A stretch of DNA of 64,000 nt from Octopus vulgaris (taxonomy: Eukaryota): positions 27,466,001 to 27,530,000 of the forward strand of contig OX597820.1 in assembly GCA_951406725.2 (NCBI GenBank). The letters run 5' to 3'. The notes beneath the pieces were generated by a model that did no database searches, had not been told where the DNA came from, and saw nothing but the letters and a program-made list of their open reading frames with translations. Positions 35,646-50,195 of the stretch are shown here, piece by piece (position 1 is the first letter of the stretch; each line of letters begins with the position of its first letter). The position numbers and the translations under genes are program-made.

Positions 35646-36130
35646 TATTATTGTATACAGTGTTCAGATGCACCACAACTTGTCAAAAGTGCGTATAAAG
35701 CATATGCAGTAATGTACAAATGTCTGGAAAGTGAACAGTGTATGAGTCAGATATATGTAGATGTAGAAGAACGTTTCCTTTCAAGTATGTTTAAGAGCTA
35801 AACGCAACAACCAAGGGAGGTAATAAGGGTATAATTAGCTGAGCTAAATTTTCCCATAGAATCTCTCTACAGGAGATGTCAATCTTTTGGTATTCATAAT
35901 TAATGTCACGGCATTGTTACTGTTCCTCTATTTATTTCTTTGTCAGCCGGTCTCTCTCTCTCTCTCACTCACTACCTATCTCTTTATTCATTTTATGTAT
36001 ATATACATAGGCATTTTAACTGTTTTTCATTCATGTATCTGCGCTGGTCTGATTCTGTGCAGTATATATTTGTTTACCTTCTACTAGCATCAAAATCTTA
36101 CCCGTATTATTTGTGAGAATTTTATATATA

Positions 36131-36510
36131 GGAGCAGGAGTGGCTGTGTGGTAAGTAGCGTACTTACCAGCCACATGGTTCCGGGTTCAGTCCCACTGCG
36201 TGGCACCTTGGGCAAGTGTCTTCTACTATAGCCTCGGGCCGACCAAAGCCTTGTGAATGGATTTGGTAGACGGAAACTGAAAGAAGCCGTCGTATATATG
36301 TATATGTGTATATATGTGTGTGTGTTTCTGTGTCTGAGTGTGTCCCCACTCCAACATCGCTTGACAACGGATGGTGGCGCGTTTACGTCCCCGTAACTTA
36401 GCGGTTCGGCAAAAGAACCGATAGAATACGTACTAGGCTTACAAAGAATAAGTCCTGGGGTCGATTTGCTCGACTAAAGGCGATGCTCCAGCAAATGACT
36501 GAAACAAATA
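36131..36510 (+). mobile_element. SINE family C
   Basis: ggagcaggagtggctgtgtggtaag head, ggttcagtccc box B, internal TA/TG repeat, conserved 3' half. Confidence 0.9.
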
Positions 36511-36603
36511 AAAAAAATGTATTTATGTATGTATCTATCTACGTACACACATATATGCATGTACGTATTCATGTATGCATCTGCGTATATATTTATGTAT
36601 GTA

Positions 36604-36648
<45 letters not shown>

Positions 36649-36831
36649 TCAGTAAATTTTAGATTCAGTTGAATATGCTACTTAAGTTAACGGCACCAGA
36701 ATTTAGTATGGTATTATCCATATAATTCAAAATGGGGTGATTATAATCAAAATAAGCAACAAGGATATCCAATAAAATGGAGTCGCATGAAACGATCGTA
36801 CTGCATTACCTCTAGATATCCTTGTTGCATA

Positions 36832-36900
<69 letters not shown>

Positions 36901-38771
36901 ATGCATGCATGTATGTACGTGTGTGTACGTGTGTATGTATGCGTGTGTTTTTGTGTTTGTGTCTGTGTGTATGTATCGAACTCTTAACTTCGCCGAAGAG
37001 TGAAATATCTGTCCATTGTTTTGTCCATTAGGCTTAAATGGTCAGATCGACCCAGGTCTATTGTTTACATTGTCAAAAAATATCCTATCAACTGATCTTA
37101 TTGAAGTTAACTCCATTGCTTTATTTAAATTTTAAACAACCCTAGAAGAAGCATTTTACTTCTTAGATAATCTCAATTGATCGAAGTTTACCAACTCACT
37201 ACATTATATATGTGAGACACACACTACAGCATAAATATTCAGTATCCAGATAAGTTGCTTTCAGTTTTTTTTCTTTTATATGACTCTTAGTATTAACGAT
37301 TTTTACTAGCTGTAATCTGTGTCTTGATAAAATTATGTTCAAGTAAATAAATCTTATTCGTCGTGTAATTCCAGTAGTTTTATGATGTCATTCTAACAAC
37401 AGCCATAGTGATATATTTAATATACATCGATACAGCAGCACATTTCTTCAACTATTATAAACTTTTCCTCTCATTCTGTACGTTTCTCGATCTTTCTCCC
37501 TCCATCACCTTCATCCTTCTCTTTTTTCTCTCTTTTAATCTTTCTCCACTTATTTATATACACTTTTTGCCATGTCTTTGTTGTTGGATAATTTTTTCTA
37601 CTTTTTACCCCCTTGTAGTATTTCTCTTTGATTTAGTCATAAATTAAGTGTTCGCTGTTAGAAATATCTAATTCTCACTTTAGCTGGCGAAATGGCGATC
37701 TCTCTCGTTCTTTCTCTTTCACTCTGTTATATACATAAACTCTATTTTCCATCAACGATCAGCTTTGAAACATAGTAACAAATTAATAGCAAAGGAAAAT
37801 AAAAGCAGAAGAAAACAAACCCAAAGAAAAAAAAATAACGATCATTTAGTCATTAAAATGCTTACTCCTACTTAAAGTTGTTCTCTTTGAATGCTTAGGT
37901 AAACTCACAGCTTGTATTGACGACTTGTAACTATTTAAACAAGATCAACAAGTACAGTGATTCACATTGACAAAACAGCCTAGTCACTAATAACTTATAT
38001 ACAATAACTGCGTCACCTATGTAATTTACACTCATCCTACTAGTACGACAGCCTCAGCATCCTCAACATAATTACCGTCGTCATCAGCAACTGTACGGAT
38101 AGTAACAAAGATTTACTTTTACGTAACGTTTCCTTTTCCAGCTCCTAATAAAAGGATTCTGAAATATCAATGATATTTCTTAAAGATAATGATTTCTTTT
38201 GAGTAGGTTCTCGGATGATAATTTATTTTTTTTTATCTGAGATTATTTACTTTATCGATCTTTTGTGAAGAAGAAATGTTTAGAGAGGGAGAAATCGATG
38301 ACAGTATCTTGTATATTCACTGTAAAGCACTAACCCTATTTTCTGGTGTCGAAGATGCTAAATATGTTTCTCCCCTAAAGCAAGCATTAAAAATACTTCG
38401 TTTATCCTAAAAGACGAAGGTTACATGTATCATAAGTCAATCATATCTGCAGGTAATCTATGCTAAATTTACAGTATCTCAGTACAGCAAATGTAAAGAA
38501 GAAAGTAAGAGGGCAGACTCTAATTGATCAGCATAATCTGTATATCCACTAACAGAATATCTTCGTAAAACGTGAGTAAGATTTTGAGGTTCATAGAAGG
38601 TAAACGAATATATAATACATAGAATCAGACCATCGCAAATGCATGACTAAAAAGCAATTGAAATACCAAAAAAAACCCCCAAAGAAGTGTACAGTTTTTA
38701 ACAACAGCAGCAGTAACAACAACAACAAAAACAACAGCAGCAGTATAATAATAATAATAATAATAATAATG

Positions 38772-38892
<121 letters not shown>

Positions 38893-39018
38893 CCTTTCTA
38901 TAATAGCCACAAGTTGTGAAATTTTGAGGGATGGCATATGTCAATTACATCGACTCCAGTACGCAGCTGTTCTTATTTTATCAACCCCGAAAGGATTTCA
39001 ACCATGCCAAAATCTGAC

Positions 39019-39063
<45 letters not shown>

Positions 39064-39081
39064 AATAATAATAATAATAAT

Positions 39082-39515
39082 ACCACAAATTCACTTGTCA
39101 GTTCTTTGACCTTAACCATTTGAGCATGTCCCTGGGTGCCTGACGATATGTGCATCGCTCTCCACGATCAGAATTAGTGGTGAAGAATCATAGCCATATG
39201 TTGAGAGAGAGTCTTTGTGGTTTGAATATTTCACTTCTGGAAACATGGAGGTTTGGTACAACATCCTTAAACAAACCTCATTTAGGGATCTTTTGAGTAA
39301 GATACGCTACTCAATCTGAAGAAAATTCTAACTGGGCCCCCACCTGCAGGGTCATGCGCTGTTTATCTTCATATGAGATCACCATGTCGTGCACATATGG
39401 TTGTGATGCATGTGCCAGGTGTACTCTTATAAGACGTGTAGTCGTAATGGGAATTCTGGGCTTCGTATATTTTAACCCTGTGTCACTGTGATGGCATGCG
39501 CTGCTCTCTCACTCA
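39082..39515 (+). mobile_element. Non-coding AAT-embedded element E, 5'-truncated copy
   Basis: Matches the 3' ~435 bp of 62939-63497; flanked by (AAT)n/(AAC)n. Confidence 0.88.
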
Positions 39516-39542
39516 ACAACAGCAACAACAACAATAATAATA

Positions 39543-40083
39543 AATGCCCTGATGCATTACCAGGCTCTAGCTTTCATGGCTTCTGATCTTAATTGATTGG
39601 AAGTGTTATCACATATATTGTTTTGTCTTGGTATAAAAGATGGGATACAGAAAATATCTTGCTCAATATCTCAGATATGTTTGTCAGTTGCTTGACCATA
39701 ACAAGTTGAGCAAGGCTCTTGGTGGCTGACGATACGAGTATCTTTGATCACAAGGAGAAACAGTGGGGCAGCATCATAGCCATGTGTTGAGAGGAATTCT
39801 TTGGAGTTTGAATAAATCACCTCTGGAAACATGGGTACTTCGTTCAACATCCTTAAACAACCCCTATTCAAGGACCATTTGAGCGGGATGTGCTGAAGAA
39901 AATTCTTACCGGGCCTCACCTGGAAAATCATGTGCCGTTTATCTTGATATGAGATCACCATGTCACGCATATACGGCTGTGATGCATGTACCTGGTGTAC
40001 CTTTATCAGACGGGTAGTCATGATGAGTGTACTGGGTTTCGTATACTGTGTCACTTTGATGGCATATACCGCTCTGTCACTCA
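39543..40083 (+). mobile_element. Non-coding AAT-embedded element E, near full-length copy
   Basis: atgccctgatgca...ctctgtcactc followed by (AAT)n; matches 62939-63497. Confidence 0.88.
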
Positions 40084-40223
<140 letters not shown>

Positions 40224-40234
40224 TAATAATAATG

Positions 40235-40292
<58 letters not shown>

Positions 40293-40295
40293 TGT

Positions 40296-40836
40296 TATTA
40301 TGGAATAACAACAGAAAAAAGATGGTATAGGCACACACCAGAAAAGGTCACAGAAAACGAGAAAGCAACCATACTCTGGGATATGCCGATACACACAGAT
40401 AGAGAAATTAAGGCCAACAGACCAGATATAGTTGTCAGAGACCATGAAGAAAAAAAATGCTTTCTAATTGATGTATCAGTACCGGCAGATGACAACGTGT
40501 CTCTAAAAGAAATGGAGAAACTCTCAAAATGCAAAGACCTGGAAATAGAGGTAACTAGAATGTGGAATCTGAAAACAGAAACAATTCCTATCATAGTAGG
40601 TGCATTAGGCATGATAAAAAAATATTCAGACAAATACATAACAAAAACACCAGGACTTACAAACACATATAACATACAGAAAATTGCACTACTAGGCACT
40701 GCACACATCCTACGCAGAACACTTTCCATACAATAACCATCAGAGCATCACAACAAATCACAGCACATACCCAAGGCACACAGAGCTGCGCTCGGTAGTG
40801 AAGTGAAAGCACGCTATAAAAATAAAAATAAAACTA

Positions 40837-40840
<4 letters not shown>
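40296..40840 (+). mobile_element. 5'-truncated R4/Dong LINE: restriction-like endonuclease domain + 3' UTR, in (AAT)n
   Basis: Open frame WYRHTPEKVTENEKATILWDMPIHTDREIKANRPDIVV...FLIDVSVP...EMEKLSKCKDL...PIIVGALG (PD-D/ExK RLE). (AAT)n on both sides, the known Dong-type target. Confidence 0.92.
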
Positions 40841-40871
<31 letters not shown>

Positions 40872-42479
40872 TAATAATCATTTCTTCTATAGGCATAAGG
40901 CCTGTAATTTGGTGGGCAGGGATACTCAACTAGTACTTATTTTATCGATTCCGAATGGATGAGACACCTTGGAGGTCGGACAAAATGCCGCTAAGTATTT
41001 GTCCGATATTATAACGATTCTGCCAGCAGTTTTTAGGGAGAGTGATTATTAATACCATTTGCCCCTCTTTCGATCACTCTAACAATTCTGAAGACCAATT
41101 GCCCACATATTAAACAGTTCTAATTTTGGCACAAAGCGAACAATTTTCAGCGAATGGTGTAGTTAGCAAATTTCATTGCTACTAGCACGTGTGAGTGGCA
41201 TGACCTAGTGGCATGAGTGTTGCACTCGTGAACGTGTCATTGTGGGTTCGATTCCCGAACCGGGCGCTGCGTTGTGTTCTTCAGCAAAACACTTCATCTC
41301 ACGTTGCTCTTCGATCACTTTGGCATCCAACGTGTGGCACACCGTGCACCCGACTAGGTAATGTCAACTTGATAAAAGGAATGATCTAATTGTGTTGCAC
41401 GAACATTTGATCACTATAAACAAAATGTTTGTTTGTAGGTCGCTCAGCAAGAATTCGCAGGACCTATTTAGTCGGGCCCGAGAAACTCCCATTAGCACAT
41501 GACTTGTACTTTATTTCATTAATTGTCTAGTGATAAAAAGCAAAGTATGGATTTCAACTGGAAACGTAAAATCGATAGAAATACTGCATATTATTATTTT
41601 GCCAAAGCTGTAATCTATTTGTGTGCACATTTATTTAGCTGTTGCGCAGAGTCTACTTAGAAGTATGTTCTGTTGTAATGAAAGTTTCAAAATTTACTGT
41701 TCAAGCAATTTTCATTTAATTAAATGATGCATATATAAAAGCCGTGAACATCACCCGTATCTATAATCCAGGGATATAAATCTAAGGATTTGTACCTAAT
41801 GAAAACTAATTATATATTACTGGAAGATTGGCTTGCTTGCTGAGTCTTCAATGCTGTTTCAAACGTATAATCTAATAGATTCAGTTCATTTAATCTGATT
41901 AGTACTCTTGAAAAGATACGGACATCGCATTAATTTCATACCACTTGCAGTAATATTTACAAACCATTATGTTCACTGGAAAAGAAACTAATGTTTATTA
42001 TGGTGATTTCGTTATGAACACAGGTGGTCAAAAATAAATACTTTCATAGTCGGTATCGAATTTCAGTTTCAAATTCTCAATTGGCGAATGAAAGTTTCAA
42101 TTATATTGGTACAGATCGGAAATAAGGACATCAAGATATCCATTTCTCATTTCTTCAAGCATATAAAGTACTTCTCACCAGATATAAAGACTACACTATT
42201 TTTAGAATTGTTACCGCGATGTGTGTGACCAAGGTAGTAAAACAGTAATGGCGGCTAACTGAATTAATTCTAATCCACCCGACGTCAAGATAACCCTACA
42301 TTTATTTGGTATTTTTAATTGCTAATAATGTATTGAAGTCTATTCAATATGCACATCCTATAAAAAACGAATTATTCTGCGTAGTGGGAGACGTCCGTTA
42401 TCTCCTTATCAATTCTAAAGTTCTATTACCTATTTTTCATCTTCCCAAACCGATTTGTGCAGGATGAGTTTTCGCGGAT

Positions 42480-43120
42480 CGTAAATATTTCAACGCAGCA
42501 GTAAAACACCGGCTGTGTATGTTATGGCTTCTTAGAAACCAAATTGTCTGATGTCGCTGCTGTGCATAATTTGATTTTATTTGAAATTTATCTTTGATTA
42601 AGAAAATTATGGTCAGTAATAAAACAATAAAATCTGTTACAGTGAGATACCTATAATCTCGATTTTCTCAGAAACACAGTGGTGCTTCCATACAGTTCCT
42701 GACTGTCAAATCCAACGTGTACTCACACCTTTAAAAACATGTAATACTAGTGGTACATTCCAATAAAGACAGCAATTTGGTGCAGATAATAACAGACGTG
42801 ATTTTGTTCTTTGGGACAGAAAAAGAAAGTCATGCACTGTTGTAGAGGTCACCTGTCGAGCGGATGTGAATGTGCCGTCAAAATTTCAGGATAAAGGGAA
42901 TATTTATGGTGAATTAATGCGGAATTTAGAGTTCTTGTATCCTGACTATATATGCTCATTTGTACCTATCACCAAAGTTGCATTTGGGCTATGTACCTCC
43001 AAATGTACACAAAATCCTACTAGGTTTTTCGAAGGAGTAAAATGACTGACGTGGATTCTCCAAATCCATTCTATTAGCGGCACAGTGGAAATTTGTAAGG
43101 CATTCTAAAGATTCTGTCTG
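42480..43120 (+). mobile_element. Degenerate RLE-type LINE fragment (R4/NeSL-like)
   Basis: NNRRDFVLWDRKRKSCTVVEVTCRADVNV...YGELMRNLEFLYPDY...VPI resembles the RPD..E..K RLE domain. Confidence 0.7.
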
Positions 43121-43686
43121 CATCTGTGATTCTTCAGATGAATAAATGTACACAGTTAGGTGTGAGCATCGAGAGCGTAACCAACATACTAAAGCAACCA
43201 CATATTTAAAAAACAAAAGGAACTTTCTTAACTCAAAAATTTTTGTCGTTCTTTCAGCGACCGGCTTGAACTCTCTTAAGAACTTTAAAAAAACTCAAAG
43301 AGAAAAAAACATACATACATACATACATACATGCATGCATACAGACAACGAATGCATTTGTTATAAAAGAATGAGTGTGCATCAGTGGATGCAAATGAAG
43401 TTGCAGGTGTGTTACTTCGGAGTGTTCTTTCCCATAGAAATATGTCTGAATAAAGACTAGCGATGATTCACTTCCAGCTGTTGGGTGGCCGTTGAAGCTA
43501 TTGAGTGTTTATCTGTCTTTTGACAAATTTGTTTTTCTTCTTGCAGAGTGTCCAACAATCTCCTTGCCCAGCAGGCTGGTTAGGGTTACCGGTTTAATAG
43601 CCGACAGACCGACCATTTGACAGGGAGAATTGGGTTACATGATGCCAGTAGCACTAAAATTGACCTGATACTCGAATATATATATG

Positions 43687-43914
43687 CGAGGGGGTGCTGA
43701 AGAGGTACTGGCTTTAAGGGTGTCGTGAAAGGCTTGGTTTGAGGCCCAACGTTCCGACTTCATTAATACGGCTTAGAAAAAGTGAAGGACCGCTACAATA
43801 AGTTTGAGAATCTGAGGTGGTGGTGGGAGGAATTATGTTGAATAAAATCATAATTAACTTATCCTCCTGTATTTTGCTTTCACCCGATGCCAGGAACTTT
43901 TCAGTACCACTTCG
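43687..43914. mobile_element. Mariner-derived MITE (same family as 26862)
   Basis: Shared gtcgtgaaaggcttggtt and gaataaaatcataattaact; degenerate cgagggg/cacttcg termini. Confidence 0.75.
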
Positions 43915-43949
43915 TTTGCGGACAATATATTTGTTCATCTTATATATAT

Positions 43950-44178
43950 TTCTTTACTACCCACAAGGGGCTAAACACAGAGGGGATAAACAAGGACAAA
44001 CAAACGGATTGAGTCGATTACATCGACGCTAGTGCGTAAATGGTACTTAATTTATCGACCCCGAAAGGATGAAAGGCAAAGTCGACCTCGGCGGAATTTG
44101 AACTCAGAACATAATGCCAGACGAAATACGGCTACGCATTTCGCCCGGCGTGCTAACGTTTCTGCCAGCTCGCCACCT
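43950..44178 (-). mobile_element. SINE family D (MetaSINE-like)
   Basis: Full head ggcgagctggcagaaacgttagcacg...gagttcaaattcc on the minus strand plus core. Confidence 0.9.
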
Positions 44179-45494
44179 TATGTTTGTTCATCTTATATTA
44201 CAATATCTGTGTATGCCAATGTATTTCGCGTGTCTTTGTTGATGGTTAATAATTCGAGTTAATGTCAACCTGTGTTCTTTTATGTCAAATGTATAACTTC
44301 TTTAGTGGACAAATGCAGAACACTAATGGCAGGAGATAATTGTTGCCAATTTCTCAAATATAGAGGATGTAAAACCCTGTTTTCATTTTCTTTTTTTTTT
44401 AATTTCCCTCGTGAGATCTTTATCCAGAAGAAGGTACGTACTCACAATACAACATATCCTTACCTTTGTTGCGATTTCACAGTACTCTTCCTATCGCTGA
44501 CTTTAAAATCTGATACATACTTCTGTGCTGCAACAAAGAAACGTTTATTTCTATCAACTGCGCTTTCATTGAAAAACGAAGTAGCTAATTTCGAATTACA
44601 CTATAAACTAATTTGCAGTTTATTTATCCTGTGATGGGTGTGGCTATGTGTTTTTTGCATTACGGCAAATGTACTAATTTATCACAGTGTTGAAAACAAT
44701 GTGATCCATTGACAACAAAATCGAAAAAAATAAAATAACTGAAATTTAGCATGAAAAAGTAATTAATCATCAGATGAAAGTAGTGAGGGAATATATTTTA
44801 AATATCTAAACTCGTACTAATTGAAATCTCATTTAAATATTGAATTTGACATATCTGCAGTCTCGGCTAACCATAAGCCTAAAGACTTATATTCAATAAA
44901 AATGAGGGGAGATGTGGTGGTGCTGGAGGTAGGGTTTGTGAGGAGAATAATGTTGAATGTTGATTAATGTCTTACTAACGAAGCGCAACAAGTGAAGAAA
45001 TGAATTGCTTCGGGGTAAATAATTAGTAAATGTGTGCTGCATTAAATATCTCAATAAAATGAAAATTACAACGCAATCTATAATGTTTGTGGTAGTGTAA
45101 TGGTTAGGATAATAGACTCAGATAGTTTTTATTTGAGTTAATTATTTGTGTTCATGGTGATAGCGGTATTGATGCGAAGCTAGAAATGTTGGTATTCATA
45201 TGAATAGTTGCATTGTGGTAAGTTTAGAGCAATGTAGTTCACTCTAGTTTTGGTGGGTATATGATCGGTTTTTAATTCTAGATTTGGTGGTGGTACATTT
45301 AGTGTAGCAAATTTAGTGGCCTGCAAATTTGAGGTGAAAAGGAGCAGTGGTAAACCGATTACATCGATCCCAGTACTTGACTAGTAGATATCTTATCGAT
45401 CCAGTAAGAATGAATGATAATGTCGACCACGGCAGAATTTGATTTTGGAATTTAAACAGACTTTTTCCCATGCCAGAGTAATTACTTTTGATAT

Positions 45495-45660
45495 AGGCGT
45501 AGAAGTGGCTGTGTGGTAAGTAGCTGGCTTATGAATCACATGGTTCCGGGTTCAGTCCCACTGCGTGGCACCTTGGGCAAGTGTCTTCTACTATAGCGTC
45601 GGGTCGACCAAAGCCTTGTGAGTGGATTTGGTAGACGGAAACTGAAAGAACCCCGTCGTA

Positions 45661-45703
<43 letters not shown>

Positions 45704-45915
45704 GTGTGTGTGTATATGTTTGTGTCAGTGTTTGTCCCCCCGACATCGCTTGACAACCGATGGTGGTGTGTTTATGTCCCCGTAACTTAGCAGTTCGGCA
45801 AAAAGAGACCGATAGAATAAGCACTAGGCTTACAAAGAACAAATCCTGGGGTCTATTTGCTCGACTAAAGGCGGTGCTCCAGCATGGCCACAGTCAAATG
45901 ACTGAAACAAGCAAG
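45495..45915 (+). mobile_element. SINE family C
   Basis: As 36131, with internal (TA)n. Confidence 0.9.
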
Positions 45916-46134
45916 AAAGGGGAAAAGAAAAGAGACTGGTTAGGCTAGTGTATTTAACCCTGCTTTTTATGTAATAAAGTCAGAGTAGTCATTATTGGTT
46001 TTAGTAATAGTACGACTGGTGTACATGATTTTGGTGGCAAGGGTCAGTCTATTTAATATCAGTTTTATTGGCAGTATGATTGGTGCTGTTAACTCTAGTT
46101 TTGGTTGTGAATAGATTAATATTAGCTTTTGTGG

Positions 46135-46350
46135 TAAGGTGGCGATCTGGCAGAATCGTTAGCGTGTCAAGGAAAAATACTTAACGGCATTTCATCCGTC
46201 TTTACGGTCGGAGTTGATATTCTGGCAAAGTTGAATTTGACCTTCATCTTTCGTGGTCGATAAAATAAGCATTAATGTAGCACATGGGTTCGGTTAATCG
46301 ACTTAACCTTTCCACGAAACCTGCTGGTATTGTGCCAAAATTTGAAACTA
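46135..46350 (+). mobile_element. SINE family D, diverged
   Basis: ggcgatctggcagaatcgttagc head; ccttcatctttcgtggtcgataaaataag core. Confidence 0.7.
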
Positions 46351-46399
46351 ATGTTAGTTTTTGTGGTGGCAAGTTTAACGTAGTATTTTTATACTTATT

Positions 46400-46720
46400 T
46401 TATTGGTTAGAGCATCGAGCTTACGATTGTGAGGTTGTGAGTTCGAATCCCAGACCAGGCTGTGTGTTGTACTCTTGAGCAAGACACTTTATTTCACGTT
46501 GCTCCAGTTCACTCAGCTGTAGAAATGAGTTGCGACATCACATGTGCCAAGCTGTATCAGCCTTTGCCTTGGATAACACTGGTGGTGTGAAGAAGGGCGG
46601 AGGGTCTCGTATGCATGGGCGACTGCTGGTCTTCCAGAAACAACCTTGCCCAGACTTGTGCCAGGGAGGGTAACTTTCTAGGTGCAATCCCACGGTCAGT
46701 CATGAACGGAGGGGGGGTCT
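46400..46720 (+). mobile_element. SINE family B with tail type 6
   Basis: gagttcgaatccc box B, cttgagcaagacactttatttcacgttgctccag centre; tail matches 29101-29300. Confidence 0.85.
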
Positions 46721-47648
46721 GAACTCAATTTTATCTGCAGGAAGGGCTAGTGCGCATGGTCTTTCCAAGTCCTCCTAGTCCCGGAAGATTGATACTATAA
46801 ATATTCGCATTAAATCTTTGTCAACACTTGCAGGGAAAAACCTAAGCACGGAGGAATTCTATAGCGTCGTCGTCCTGGAAAACAAAACATCTTGGCATAG
46901 CGATTAGTCCGGGCTAACGTGGTATTTGGCCACAACAACTATCAGAAGCGGAGGACGGGCGAATGGGACAGAAATGCCTGAGTGGAGGAGTATTATGAGC
47001 CCAGCTTGTCAAGCAGCCTACTCTGAGTAGCAGAGACCGTTTCAATAACAGTTAGAAAAATACTAGTTTTCGTGGTCGGTAGTTTTATATTCGTAATGTT
47101 GTTGTAGTGAGCAATGAAATAGGTATTGGTTTAGCAAAACTTTATCTAAATAACTAATGATATTAATAAGAAAGCTAAGAGTAGGCCAACAGGATTTTTT
47201 AATTATTTGAATTGAATAAAAACTGGAATTCCTTCTGGAAGTGAATCCAGTGTAAGTTTATACGTTCCGATCTTATTATACCCCCTCAGCGAATCATAGA
47301 GTAACCGTAATTGCTGGATTTTGGTGTAACAAAAAACATTGAAATTCTTCTTCAACGAAAACAGTATAGTGTAATAAATTTATAAATAACACAGGAAAGT
47401 TGTCTAGAGATGATTGCTGCATAAGATCTTACATTTAAACTGGAGGCTAAAAAAATATGACGGAGTAAACCAAGATGTTTTAACTAGAAATTCTTCTTTA
47501 ATGATAACAATCATTATCCAAACAAATTATTATGATAAGCAAAGATCAATGGTGGATAACAAAGCTAATTTTAATTAAATGAAAGTAGTTAATATTTAAA
47601 GTAAGGAGTGCACATAATCTTTAACAGCACGGTAACAATATTATAGTT

Positions 47649-48135
47649 GTGGAGGCGCAATGGCCTCGTGGTTAGGGCAGCGGACTCGCGGTCGTAGGAT
47701 CGCGGTTTCGATTCCCAGACCGAGCATTGTGAGTGTTTATTGCGCAAAAACATCTAAAGCTCCACGAGGTTCCGGCAGGGGGTGGTGGTGAACCCTGCTG
47801 TACTCTTTCACCACAACTTTCTCTCACTCTTTCTTCCTGTTTCTGTTGTACCTGTATTTCAAAGGGCCAGCTGAATCTCCCCGAGAACTACGTTAAGAGT
47901 ACACGTGTCTGTGAAATGCCCGGCCACTTGCACGTTAATAAATGAGCTGCGACGTCACTGGTGCCAAGCTGTATCGGCCTTTGCCTTTCCCTTGGATAAC
48001 ATCGGTGACGCAGAGAGGGTAGGCTGGTATGCCTGGGCGACCGCTGGTCTTCCATAAACAACCTTGCCCAGACTTGTGCTTCGGAGAGTAACTTTCTAGG
48101 TGCAATCCCATGGTCATTCATGACCGAAGGGGGTC
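47649..48135 (+). mobile_element. Chimeric SINE: head A + partial tail 1 + tail 6
   Basis: 47649-47937 matches 4687-5000 (with a deletion); 47940-48135 matches 46523-46720. Confidence 0.88.
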
Positions 48136-48731
48136 ACAATGTTATAGTTAGTAGTGTAGTTTTGGCAGTAATAAAGTATAGTAAAGTTGGTGTTTAAATC
48201 AAGTTTTGGTTGGAAGATTTTGGTTGGAAGTACAGCTGATAGTGTTGAAGATGCTGTAAAAATAGTTTCGATGGAAGTATAGCTTGATAGTGGTGAGGCT
48301 TGATTTAAAAAATGGCAGTCTTGTTTGTAGTAACCTTGTAATATTCAGTTCGGTAAAAATTAGAGTTTTGGTTGTAGCAGAATTGATAGTTGTGGGGTTG
48401 GTGTAAAAATAGTTTTGGTTGAAGTATAGTCGATAGTGATGATGTTGGCTTAGAAAATAATAGTTTTGATTGAAGGGCAGTTGATATTTGCGACCTTGGT
48501 GTAGAAAATACGAGTTGTAACTTTGGTTGTTGCTGCTGTTAAAGTGGAGAATCGGCCGAGTCATTAGTGTATCGAAGGAATGCTTGATGTGTTTGTTCCT
48601 ACTGTTTGAGATATTAAGTTCAAATCCAGCCGAAGTCACCAACGCGCTTCATAACTTGCGGGCTGATAAATAAAATACCACTCAAAAACAGTTAACTGGC
48701 GGAAGTGTTTGGAACATCAAACATGAAGCCT

Positions 48732-49088
48732 GGCGACAGGTGTTTATTTTGTCGTTTTGCACTGTATTAAAATTCTGTCTTTTACCACTGGTCTTCCGAT
48801 TGTTGAGCGAAAACAAGCGACTCGTCTAACAGTCATAGGTTCCCTATGGTCAGACGGCATAAGGCTTCGATTGGAATTTCGTCAATGTTACACTATGACC
48901 AGCGACATAGGTGTTTATTTTGTCCTTTTGCACTGTTTTAAAATTCCGTCTTTTACCATCGGCCTTCTAATTGTTTTGTGAAAACAAGCGACTCGGCTAA
49001 CCTTGATAGGTCCTCTATGGTCAGCCGGCATAACGCTTCGATTGGAATTTCCTCAATGTTACAGTCTCAGCACTATGATCAGCGGCAC
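48732..49088. repeat. Tandem dimer of a ~170-bp unit
   Basis: aggtgtttattttgtc...gcttcgattggaatttc...cactatga occurs twice. Confidence 0.9.
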
Positions 49089-49894
49089 CTGCATAAAGAG
49101 AGAGAAACCCTAGGAAAGAAAGACAAAAGAAAACATTCCAAAAACAAAGAGCTGAAGTTGCTGTTGGTAAAAGCAGTGGTGAAGTTTCTCGTGTCAGTGT
49201 ATTTAATGGTCGTTTTGTTGGTGTATATAGCTATGTTGAACGCAGTTGCAGTGGTATTTAGCTTGGAAGTCGATCTTAATAAGATTTATTTTCATTCTCA
49301 CAAGACGTCAGTTGAATGGAAGTAAGTCTTAATCTCTTTTAAGTAGAGATGGTCTCTTAGAAATTGACAGCTGTCTGTTGGTCGTGATGGCTCTCTTACA
49401 AACTACTACGACTCTTGTTGTTGCTCTGATTGTTGTTGCTGCTGCTTCTTACATCGCCGTTGTCGAACTTTCTCTTAATAGCAAAATACAGCTTCTTACT
49501 TTTGCAATTGTTGTTGTTGCTGTTAGTGATGTAAGGTATTTAGCTACTGTTGTTGCTACTGTTGTCACAGCATTCAAATGCTGTGGTTTGCTAATGCTAT
49601 TATTACTACTGCCTCTTGCTAATTATATCTATTTTTGTTGCAATCATAATTTTCCGCCGCAAACGTCGTTGTCAATATATACTATAAATGTTGTTGATAA
49701 TCTATGACATTAGCAAGTTTTTACTGATGTCGCGATACTGATTCCCTGTCTGGGAATCGATCCACCTACCGCGAGTCCGCTGCCCTAACCACTGGGCCTC
49801 CACACAACACCATGTGGCTAATTATAATTATTGTGGTTGAAGCTCTGATTTTCTGTCGCGAACTGCTACAACAACATGTTTTTATATATTTATG

Positions 49895-50195
49895 GGCTCT
49901 TTTCAAGCCTAGCTAGGCTCATGGGCCCGGTTTCCCGGTTTCTATGGCGTATGTGTTCCCCCAGCTGGTCGGGACGCCAGTCCATCGCAGCGTTACTCAA
50001 GAAACAGGAAGAAAGAGTGAGAGAAAGTTAGGGCGAAAGAGTACAACAGGGGTCTCCACAACCCCCTGCCGAGGTCTCGTGGGGCTTTTAGGTATTTTTG
50101 CTCAATAAACGCACACAAAGCCAGGTCTGGGAATCGAAACCGCGATCCTCCGACCACGAGTCCGCTGCCCTAACCACTGGGCCATTGCGCCTCCA
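49895..50195 (-). mobile_element. SINE family A, tail type 5
   Basis: Head at 50195; tail contains gcgatggactggcgtccc...gaaaccggg. The head tip plus flank is duplicated at ~49748-49826. Confidence 0.88.
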
